Source: Histomonas meleagridis 2922-C6/04-290x (lineage: Eukaryota > Protista > Parabasalia). Taken from it: a stretch of DNA of 64,000 nt. This document shows positions 51,201 through 59,847 of this stretch, in pieces. Numbering within the stretch: the first letter of the stretch is position 1; the number at the start of each line of letters is the position of its first letter. The position numbers were made by a program, and so were the translations under genes. The stretch is taken from the NCBI GenBank assembly GCA_020184695.1, contig JAANOX010000234.1, positions 21,455 through 85,454 on the forward strand, written 5' to 3'. Below the pieces are notes generated by a model, which saw only the letters and a program-made list of their open reading frames with translations, did no database searches and was not told the DNA's origin.

Positions 51201-52969
51201 ATTTTTGATGTTTCTAATTCATTATTATTAATTTCATTTAATTTATTAAAACTATTTAATGAATTTTCAATTATTGTCTCTGTTGAACTTAATATATCTT
51301 TTATGACTTTGTCATATGATTGAGGAATTTCTAAATTATTATATAAACTATTTAACAACTTCGGTAGAAATGAAATTCGTTCATTAAAATAATTTAACGA
51401 AAACTTAAGTAAAATTTGTTTCTCTGATTTCAAATATTTGAAAAATTTCGAATGCGTCTCGAAGTACATTAATGAATGACATAAATCGATTGCTATAAGT
51501 CCACATTTCGATTGAAGTAATGGCTGATCTTGATTAGATTGCAATAAATATAATGAATCAATTAATTTCCGTAACGAATTTTGTATTTTTATTTTCTTTT
51601 GTAATAATAATTGTCTTCGATACATTGATTGCGTAGTTTTATCTATTGATAAATCAATGTTTTCCATCAAATTTATAATGATTGGTGTTAACTTTGTCAT
51701 TTCTGGTAATATGTCAAATTCGGATTCCATTAACTTAGATGCAATTTTATGCGTTAGTTTAATTGCTGGTAATGATATAACACTAAGTGGTGACGAAGAA
51801 TGAACCATTGAAACAGGTGAAAATAGAACCGATTTTTTGTCGGTTTTTATCAAGTTAAGAAATTCTTTGAATTTATCTGAAAATTGATTGTCGAGATTTA
51901 TAAAGTTTTGAAATCTTTCGGTTAAAATCTCGTTAATTACGTTTTGGTAAATTGGAGGCGCGTAACCTAATAACAATATTAAATCATTGATTGTTTTGTT
52001 AAGATACGTGGAAATCTGTGGATGGGATTCTTCAGATGCTTTTACATTTTCGGTATAAGAAGAACGAAAACGTGTAAGTTTAATTGATGATGAGATTAAT
52101 AAGAAAACATTTTGCATCAAAGAATTTAAATCAGTTAAAAGATTTGTTCCATTTTCAACAGAATAAAGAAATGTTTCGATCGAAAATAATACAATTTCAT
52201 GAATTGGGGTAATAAGATTTCGAAGAAAAATTAGGAAATCTTGAAATCCTGTTTCGTTTTCATTATAAAGTAATATAAAATATGATTTTAAATGATCAAG
52301 AAGTTGAGAATATGAAGAGACATAGTTTGGAATAGCATTTGTAAGAATGTCAAAATTGGATTTCAAGTTAGGAATTGTAGTTTCTTGGAATTGTTTTGAT
52401 GCTATACTGGATCGAGCTTGGTCAGCCATACCAATTAATTGTCGAACTGACGCACATATTGTATTAATTTGATCGGAAATTGGATTGATATTTAAATAAT
52501 CAGTAAATCTTTTGGCTTCGCCATCAGCTGCTGTGGACAAAAAAGAAATGAAATTTGTGACTTTGATTAAGGAAATACAAATTTGGAAAAATTCATCTTC
52601 AGTAGAAACATGCTTTGAAAGTTCGTTTAATTTAGTAACAATTACATCGAGATATTTAGGAAGTATTTTTAAATGTAAAATGATACAACGAACATAAAAA
52701 TCATATGAAGATGCAGCTTCGCCATAAAGACATACCTTACTATTAAAAACGTGTGATTTTGGAAATCCAAAAAGAAGACCATAACATGCAGATGAAATCG
52801 TTATAAGATCTGTTAACATTGTTTTCTGAGATTCGGTTGGTATTTGTTTAAGAGTGTTATCAGTAAGTAAAGATTCTGAGAACAATTTTGGCCCAAGAGA
52901 TTTTGCATATGGCCTGGGCTCTTCGCCTATTTGGGTACTTGCTTCTGAGAATGCATTTGAAACATCCAT
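48287..52969 (-). CDS. Large hypothetical protein: helical-bundle N-terminal ~900 aa, charged coiled coil, acidic Pro/Phe-rich tail
   Basis: 1560-aa intact ORF; includes a 24-bp TEIPSEKI-type repeat (about 4 copies) at about 50190-50290. Confidence 0.8.
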   Translation of the reverse strand: MDVSNAFSEASTQIGEEPRPYAKSLGPKLFSESLLTDNTLKQIPTESQKTMLTDLITISSACYGLLFGFPKSHVFNSKVCLYGEAASSYDFYVRCIILHLKILPKYLDVIVTKLNELSKHVSTEDEFFQICISLIKVTNFISFLSTAADGEAKRFTDYLNINPISDQINTICASVRQLIGMADQARSSIASKQFQETTIPNLKSNFDILTNAIPNYVSSYSQLLDHLKSYFILLYNENETGFQDFLIFLRNLITPIHEIVLFSIETFLYSVENGTNLLTDLNSLMQNVFLLISSSIKLTRFRSSYTENVKASEESHPQISTYLNKTINDLILLLGYAPPIYQNVINEILTERFQNFINLDNQFSDKFKEFLNLIKTDKKSVLFSPVSMVHSSSPLSVISLPAIKLTHKIASKLMESEFDILPEMTKLTPIIINLMENIDLSIDKTTQSMYRRQLLLQKKIKIQNSLRKLIDSLYLLQSNQDQPLLQSKCGLIAIDLCHSLMYFETHSKFFKYLKSEKQILLKFSLNYFNERISFLPKLLNSLYNNLEIPQSYDKVIKDILSSTETIIENSLNSFNKLNEINNNELETSKILITEYINLFVPLRSIQLIFKTLKKDEKYTLVYNIIDNYIQIFRLFVEVFKSTITLQLYHQTIYMFKYVERFIPYMQLLSTINDKQSNIRTRLEDLLNHSKKEKMLLNKMKVLYDPKSVIKLIPFVKRQIQFYSNFNTDLLSQFKSKYFESNYDESVKRFNSIIGELKNSFEFSPILDINLTKSNANFIGPIIYNSNQVVNYYLKEFMDKYEVDNKETAFIAYDLVQKLFDLALITSVINNAENISTALSLSAPRIYEFSLISALGDKDSYKKAASISKFLINILKLLVPITKSLYESYLIKEEIVTEIPSEKITEMSGEKVTEMPSEKVTEIPSEIVHANELQIQASVFSNLLNIQKQISKQSNQQIEAEKENEKIQTKVKIVNDDKEKQEITPQKNRDIRKENEILNQTIEKMNEEETNKLRNEYINLKKELENLKMIQEKEKEKLSQIENEKRTLKEKANLETKKRKIAEVEMKKIQDMIKQQNIENKEEKEKLEERLKIAEINLQKQKEIERQNRISSEKSRIDLQIEKEKIENELYKVQKNIEQNKEEENRSKTQLNQRLQEVEEAKNELEIKLKNQIMNQKIISQKKEEEYKKLLEKLQEQNDEKQKEIMKAKIEEQQRIIQESKEQMEKERIEIENKIKEQEKINQILIEERKKRQEAEEQQKIIEEEKIKAQKEAEIFKDQLQAIKLEKEKIKNEAENQRKHLLQELEEKEKLIQKENEKEKEKQLKEIEEEKQRIHLEMEKEKERLLKEIQSEKERIKREAEEEKERVLKEAHEEKQKILESKENVTTAEPKLFEKSVKFTQPSNFDATNHFNTSVNPVFGPFEPTTLQKSEFKYNTIFGESTLVDTPLSSERFLPEKDSPFFKILEPMVSKKVTTLDFSTLQLEPPKYQFGDEDEPIGYAPDLTEVNDLHDEEEDLLFPDPFGDNDFDDDDDFYDSIYDLTDDDEEEEELPFPFPFPPPKN

Positions 52970-53190
52970 TCAGTGCTTTATAAAGTATTCAAAAAATCTT
53001 GGGGTGCCCCAATTTATAATCTTCTTGGATAATATTTAATAACATGAACATGTTCTTCATATTAAAATCCTGAGCTCTTAGATGAAGCCTTTGAAAGAAC
53101 ATTTTTTAGCACAAAGTTATTATATTTGATAAACAAATTGTTTAAATCAAAAAATGAAGCCATGCGATTTTGATTTTCTTTACTGCTCAT

Positions 53191-53607
53191 TTATTCGATT
53201 AATTTGAAAAATCTTAAAATTTTTGGATCTGAAGAAGTTTCTTCATCTTCTACCAATTCATTGAGCCATTTTTGAAGTGCCTCTTGCCTTTGTGTAACAA
53301 AATCAGTTGATTTATTACCAACCCATTTCTTTGGAGGGAAAAGACGAAGTATTCTGATATTTCCATAATCTAAAATTAGTGATTCATTAAAATCTAAAAG
53401 TTGAGAATAACGATATCTTTCCTCAGATGTTTTAACAACTGATCCATTTGTATCATATTTCTTTGCTTGAATATTGAAAAATGTTGCTTTTGCAGCAGCA
53501 GCATCATCTTGATGTCCTGTTATAATCAAAGTAATTTTTTCTTGTCCTTCGCATGAAGCAAGTTGAGCTTCTATCATTGAATTCACAGTTTGTTGATCAA
53601 GATTCAT
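53191..53607 (-). CDS. PX (phox homology) domain protein
   Basis: RYRYSQLLDFNESL...LFPPKKWVGNKSTDFVTQRQEALQKWLNEL. Confidence 0.88.
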   Translation of the reverse strand: MNLDQQTVNSMIEAQLASCEGQEKITLIITGHQDDAAAAKATFFNIQAKKYDTNGSVVKTSEERYRYSQLLDFNESLILDYGNIRILRLFPPKKWVGNKSTDFVTQRQEALQKWLNELVEDEETSSDPKILRFFKLIE

Positions 53608-54365
53608 TTTTCAGTTTTCTGGAACAATAGAAAACTGACACCAGCACACCGAGAAAAAAATTACCGCAAAGATTCTTTATTTGCACAAAGCCTAATCATG
53701 AAAATACTCATATCATTATGTTAGAGTTTTCTTCGATTGCTAAAAAAATAATCCAATGTTGACATCACAAATCAAGAAACATGTTGAATGATTTTTTTTT
53801 ATGTTTACTTATAAAATTCAGCTTTTTAAAGAAATGAGATGAATTAATTTGTTATCTTAATTTTTTAAATAAAATTATCTCATGAGAGATATAACAAAAT
53901 AATATATAAAAACAACGAGATGCTTTTAATTAACTTTATTCAATGCAAAGAAAAGAAGATTGCTTTAATATTAAGAATTACTCTGGGAAAAATGAAAACT
54001 GCTCAAGCATAAAATTGACAAAGTCTGTTTGCCGCAGAAAATCAAAAAATGTTTTATTCATTGTATTTACAATAAACATTATATTTAATGAATACAAAAA
54101 TGGCTATAATTAATTCGTTAGGCTAGGAGGGTAATATACAAAAGTATTTGTATAAAGTGCTTTTCCATTGTTCTAACGAGGGGATTTATGGTTTTTTAGC
54201 AATGAAAAGTAATTATTCTCAATTTTGAATACAACCCAAAAAATAAAATTTTTCTAAGCATTGATCGGTTTAATTGATTGTTTATAATATACAATTTTCA
54301 ATACACTCACAACTTTTCATAACAGGCCTTCTTTTATCGTTTTAAAACAACAAGTCCGGAACGGA

Positions 54366-56954
54366 ATGTATTTCATCTTAAGTCTCTTTTCTTTGGTTAA
54401 ATCTTTCACACCAGAGCGTCTCTTGGAACTGCAAAATAGGGAACAAGAAGAAGTATGTTTAATGATGAAAAATCAATATATTGCAAATTCAGGTTGGAGT
54501 TGGATTGCTCCATCTGATACGGACACATGCGCTCTTGGTACTATGAATCCAGAAACTGTAGATGACGCAGAAAGTCGAACAAACTTTTATCGAAATCTGG
54601 TTGGATTACCTTCAATAACATATGATCGTGGCGAATATCAAACCACTGCTCAAAAAGGTTCTATGGTCATGGCTTTAAACAATGAGTTTAGTCATGAAGT
54701 TAAATGCAAAGAAAACATGTGTTGTGATCAAGATGCTATTAAAATTTTAGAGGATTCAAATCTCAACAAAGGAGCCATTGCTGCACATCTTGCCATTGAT
54801 TACTTTGTTCAAGATGATGGGGAAACCAATAAAGATGTTGGACATCGGAATTGGCTTTTCTTTCCATATCTATCCAAAAGTGCATTTGGTGTTTATGAAA
54901 CATATGTTACTCAAGTTGTTTATGGTCTTGGATTTAATTATTCTAATTCACAAGATTATGTTGCATATCCACCACCAGGCCCAGTACCTGTTCGATTAAT
55001 TCATTCTCGTATTTCACTTGTACCAAAATTCATGAATAATTTTCCAACTGATGTTACAGGTACCGTTACATGTAATGAAGAAATAATTTCAAAAGAAGTT
55101 GTTTATCGTTCAGAAGAGTTAATTGTTATAGAAATTGATACAACAAAAATTAATGTTGGGACAAGATGTAAAGTTTCTATTTCATCTAATGAATGGCAAC
55201 CTTCAGAGTATATCGAATATGAATTTTGGGCTGTTGATTGTTTCCCTAATTATGTTTGCTCTTCATATTATGAACAAGCTGATTATATATGCTCAAAAGA
55301 ATACAGTATCGTTTCAAGTGATAATAGACTTGATAATTTTTATGATACAGTTACAGAAGATGAAATTAATATAATTTTATCGAGTTATCCAACAACAGAT
55401 ACAACTAGAACGCCAAACATTGATCCATGGATTTTGTTACAAAAAAATCACTTAATTAAATCGGAAGATGGTTCTCCGTTATGGTTTAGAAATACATACG
55501 AATCAGAAATATGGGAAGATGAACATACAACAACAAAACTTCAAAACGTTTACATTGGATTCCAAAATAATAAAAACATTAATTTATGGAATTTAGAAAT
55601 GAAAGGACTTAATTTAATCGGAAGTAAAACACCTCGGAAACTTACAGCAAATGAAATTATCACAGATACAAATTCATTACAAGTTACGCAGAATTTTCTT
55701 TATGGCAATTCGATATCAATACAAAACTGTGAAATAAACCAAATTGAAGTAAAAGAAGACAAAGTAAATGTAAATGGCGCTGATGTTATATTAAATAATT
55801 TTGGTAATATTGAAATTAAAGTAACATCAGAGACATTAACAATTACACTCGCAACAGACAACATGCCAAAGCTGAAAATTACAAGTGACAGCCAAATTAA
55901 TGTGCAATATGACGGAACTGTGCAATGGGAAAATGTCCAAAACAAACAGAACTTAGTAATCAACGGCGTGCCAGCAGGCCCAGACGAATCCCAGCAAGAA
56001 ACAACGGAAACAAGCGAAACAACAGTAGAAACAAGCGAACAATCTACAACGGAAGTAACATCTGAATCTAGTGAGCAAACGTCTGAATCTAGTGAAACAA
56101 AAGAAACAACTTCAGAATCCAGTGAACAAATGACATCAGAAGAAACGACTGAGCAAGTCTCATCCCAAACGAGTGAACAAACCACAATAGAACAAACATC
56201 CGAAGAAACATCTGAACAAGTCTCTTCCGAGTCCGGGGAGGCATCTGAAACGTCCGAAACAAGTGCGCAAACATCAGTTGAAGAAACATCTGAACAAGCG
56301 ACATCAGAGCTCAGCGAAACCACAACTACTGAAGCTACATCATCTGCAATAAGCGAAACAGAAGTAATCGAAACAAGTGACCAAACCACAATCGAAGAAA
56401 CAAGTGCGCAAACTGTGACAGAAGCCACATCTACAATAAGTGAAACAGAAGTTGTTCCTCCGACGCACGACACTTCATCGAGTGCATCGCAGACTTTTGA
56501 TCCATTGTTTAGTTGTTCATATGTTTTAACTAATTCATTAACTGTTTCAGTCACATTAACACTTATGAACAGTTTCGTTTCGGTCACAGAACTGTTGTCG
56601 GAACACGACTCGTCGCTCACGTACGTCGCGACATCCTCTGTGTACTACAATTACCAGACTTTGGTGTACACGACAAATGTTTCTGTGTACACCGAATATT
56701 ACTTTGCAATGACAAGTAGCGAAAGTGGTTCCAACTCTTTATCCAAATCCGCTTTGATTGGAATTATTTGCGGCGCTGTAGTCATAGTGATAGTAATAGT
56801 TGTTGTAGTTGTAGTTTTGGTTACAAGGAGCCGAAGTAACAACAACAATAACAATAATAATAATAATAATGAATCAGCTGAATATGAGAAAAGTTATACA
56901 CCGGAAAAAGTTGAAGAAGACATTCCAAATAACGAAAACGATCTCTTCATATGA
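54366..56954 (+). CDS. Type I surface protein: signal peptide, bacterial-type CAP/SCP domain, S/T/E mucin-like stalk, TM, acidic tail
   Basis: NFYRNLVGLP...AQKGSMVMALNNEFSH...GHRNWLFFP...AFG (CAP-like); ETSE-rich stalk; LIGIICGAVVIV TM. Confidence 0.8.
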   Translation: MYFILSLFSLVKSFTPERLLELQNREQEEVCLMMKNQYIANSGWSWIAPSDTDTCALGTMNPETVDDAESRTNFYRNLVGLPSITYDRGEYQTTAQKGSMVMALNNEFSHEVKCKENMCCDQDAIKILEDSNLNKGAIAAHLAIDYFVQDDGETNKDVGHRNWLFFPYLSKSAFGVYETYVTQVVYGLGFNYSNSQDYVAYPPPGPVPVRLIHSRISLVPKFMNNFPTDVTGTVTCNEEIISKEVVYRSEELIVIEIDTTKINVGTRCKVSISSNEWQPSEYIEYEFWAVDCFPNYVCSSYYEQADYICSKEYSIVSSDNRLDNFYDTVTEDEINIILSSYPTTDTTRTPNIDPWILLQKNHLIKSEDGSPLWFRNTYESEIWEDEHTTTKLQNVYIGFQNNKNINLWNLEMKGLNLIGSKTPRKLTANEIITDTNSLQVTQNFLYGNSISIQNCEINQIEVKEDKVNVNGADVILNNFGNIEIKVTSETLTITLATDNMPKLKITSDSQINVQYDGTVQWENVQNKQNLVINGVPAGPDESQQETTETSETTVETSEQSTTEVTSESSEQTSESSETKETTSESSEQMTSEETTEQVSSQTSEQTTIEQTSEETSEQVSSESGEASETSETSAQTSVEETSEQATSELSETTTTEATSSAISETEVIETSDQTTIEETSAQTVTEATSTISETEVVPPTHDTSSSASQTFDPLFSCSYVLTNSLTVSVTLTLMNSFVSVTELLSEHDSSLTYVATSSVYYNYQTLVYTTNVSVYTEYYFAMTSSESGSNSLSKSALIGIICGAVVIVIVIVVVVVVLVTRSRSNNNNNNNNNNNESAEYEKSYTPEKVEEDIPNNENDLFI

Positions 56955-57589
56955 AATGTAATTTGTGGCGCGTTATAATAAATAATATTTTGAATTTAAT
57001 GTTTATGTGTTAAATTATAATTTGACTGAAATTTAAAATTTTGTGTTTTGATTTGTTCGTATGAAGGAACGAATTTACTTCATATGACGTTTCAATGCTT
57101 TTCTGTGTTGAATGACAATATTTGATTAAGGATTAATGAATGGGAATTATGATTATATTTACTTGATTCTGAATTTGAGAATAAATTAATGGTTATTTAA
57201 GTGTAGATATATTATCTGATTGTTTCTTGTGACAATGAAAATATAGAGAGTATAACATTCATGATGTATATGTATTATTTCGCTATTTGTATGAATGAAT
57301 GGTAAATATTATGTTGACTTTAGAGATACATACTGGCGAAACATATACGGTGTAGTGATGCAATATTTTATGTGACGACTCATTGGTTCAATTGATAATT
57401 GTGTACACAATCACAAACATTATTCAAAAAGTGTTAGCAAATTTTTTTTCTGATATATCGTTGTCATAACATGACAATACATCCCACATTCAAATCACAC
57501 GAATATTTGTATGTTCAACGAGTCATTTCTTATACTTAATGAAGAATGAGTACAAGCAAAATTTAAAAGCAAAACATTTTTCCATTAAA

Positions 57590-59606
57590 ATGCAACAACA
57601 AATATTTGGAATGTTCCTATCGTTTATATCTGCCATTTCAATAGATACTAATATTTTATTAAATGCAAAAAGTCATCCTGAATATACATACGGTAAAGGT
57701 GGAACACAACTTACTTGGTTTAATAAGTCATGTTTATTCAACCATTATTATAAGGTTTATCAAAAAAGCAAAGATTTAACAAAAACATGGACTACTTGGA
57801 AGCAAATAAGTACATACAAACCAGGGTCTCTGTTAAATGTATTAAATATATATCCAAGTGAAAATGATGAAACGTTTCAACTAGTTGCAAATGCAACTAC
57901 AATCCCATTAATATCTTTTATATTTTCCAATGGAACCCAAAAAACACTTCCAAAATCAGCTTCTCTAAAGGTATGAATAGAAGGTGGCAGAATTGATGCG
58001 GAATTAATATCTCCATTTGGCATAGATGTAAACACGAATGAAAAAATTATTTATGTTTCTATTATGTCAATCACAGAATTTGAAAGATATTGTTGTATTG
58101 ACCCGAAATTTATTTATAATTATGATGTTATTGTGTATGGAATATGGGATAAAAACGGTGGATACTCAATACGGGATCAAAATATAAAATATATCAAAGA
58201 ATATATTGAAGGAGGATATGGTTTTTTAGCAGGTCATGATACAATTTCAAATATATTTATCAGAGATGGACCAAATCCCGTTGGATTAAATCGTTTAAGA
58301 GATCTTTTTGGGATTGAAATAAAAGAAATTGATGAAGACAAAGGGATAACGTTTGAATCATATTCTTCAAATGAAATTTCGATTCAACGGAATGGAATTA
58401 TAACAAATTATCCATATGAAATAGGAAATGTTGGAACAACATTCCAAATTCCATTCTCACATGTTGATAATCAAGCAACAAATGGTGATGTATGGGTTGT
58501 ATTTGGTAATGAAACTATTAATAACCAAAACGAATATCAAAGTAATTTTTATTTAACAACAAAAGATAATACAGCTGTAATTCAAACAGGTCATAGTAAT
58601 TGTACTGCTTCAGAAGAAGAAATAAAACTTATTGTTAATACTTTGTTTTACTTAAAGCAAAGAACATATGATACATTTTTAGAAGATCATTCTTCACAAG
58701 ATTTTGAGCCTCCAATTATTCATGATTTTATATTTTATGAGAATAATTATAGTGTTAAAATTAATTCTTCAGATGTTGGATCTGATTATATGTTTCAAGT
58801 CATGGTATATAAAAGAGATGATGATTCTAGATGTGGTGCTTCAAATTACTGTTAATGTTACTGTTACAACTGGTATTAGCAAATATTTGTATACAATCAC
58901 GCAAAGAAACGAAACTTCAATAAGTGAATTAACGAATGTCGTGAGTAGTGATATAATAAGTTTAACAAAAGAACAAATACAACAAGGAATGTATATCCAC
59001 GCAGCAGCTGTTGATGGAGCTGGAAACATTGGTAATATACAGAGCTTTAAAATACCAACGATAATTCCAATGCCAACAATTACACTTACAAATTCTAAAA
59101 CATTTTCACATTCAAATACATTTTCGTATTCGAAAACATTTACAAAATCACAAACGAATAATACTCATTTAACGCATTCATATGTTTTAACAAATTCTTT
59201 AACTTTTTCTATTTCTTTAATGATTGCAAATTCGACAATAATATTATCAGAGACATATTCATATTTTACATATATAAAAACAAATTTCATTAGTTATCAT
59301 TATCAATATGTTATGTTAACAACTTATGTTAACTTTTATTCAGATGTCTTCTTTACTTATACTAATAATGAGTTTGTTAATGATTCTAAGTCTAAGTCTT
59401 TGTTAATTGGTATAATTTGTGGCGCTATTGTAATTGTTTTGATAATTATTGCAATCGTAATTTGGATGTTTCGTAATGGAAATGAAAAAGACTTTTCAGC
59501 AGAATCAGATGAAATCGAATCAATTGAAAAAAGTGAAGAAAACAAAGAAAGCTTAAATGAGGACATTAAACATTTCATAATAGAAGATAAAGATCAATGG
59601 ATTTGA
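57590..59606 (+). pseudogene. Surface protein with a DUF5057-like (Firmicute-type) domain, split by an in-frame TGA (57974-57976) and a frameshift (about 58845)
   Basis: LNVLNIYP...LPKSASLKV*IEGG...YDVIVYGIWD...FLAGHDT. The three track ORFs join into one gene with signal peptide, stalk, TM and tail. Confidence 0.7.
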
Positions 59607-59847
59607 TAATGCATTTTGTAAAAAAAAAAAAATTAAAACCACTGTTTTTTCATGATTCGAATCAATCATTTGAAGCTGCTGTGAGAAAAAATGTTTATCT
59701 TTCTCTTGTCTCTCTGGAAAAAATCCACATCGATTTTCAATAATTGTAAAGCATAATAAAATGTTTTGTCACTTCACATAAAACTGTTTTTTGTGAAATG
59801 TTATATGAAATTCAATAAATAAAAAAGAAAATTGTTATTTTGATTTA

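Noticed and set aside
55700-56620. 306-aa Ser/Val-rich minus-strand ORF
   Set aside because: Antisense shadow of the T/E/S mucin stalk.
17573-57976. Reassigned genetic code (TAA=Gln or TGA=Trp) as the explanation for in-frame stops
   Set aside because: TAA ends RPLP2, RPS21 and Rab, and TGA ends TOP2 and the formin at the expected positions. Long conserved genes have no internal stops. The stops in the 45-kb relic replace different amino acids.
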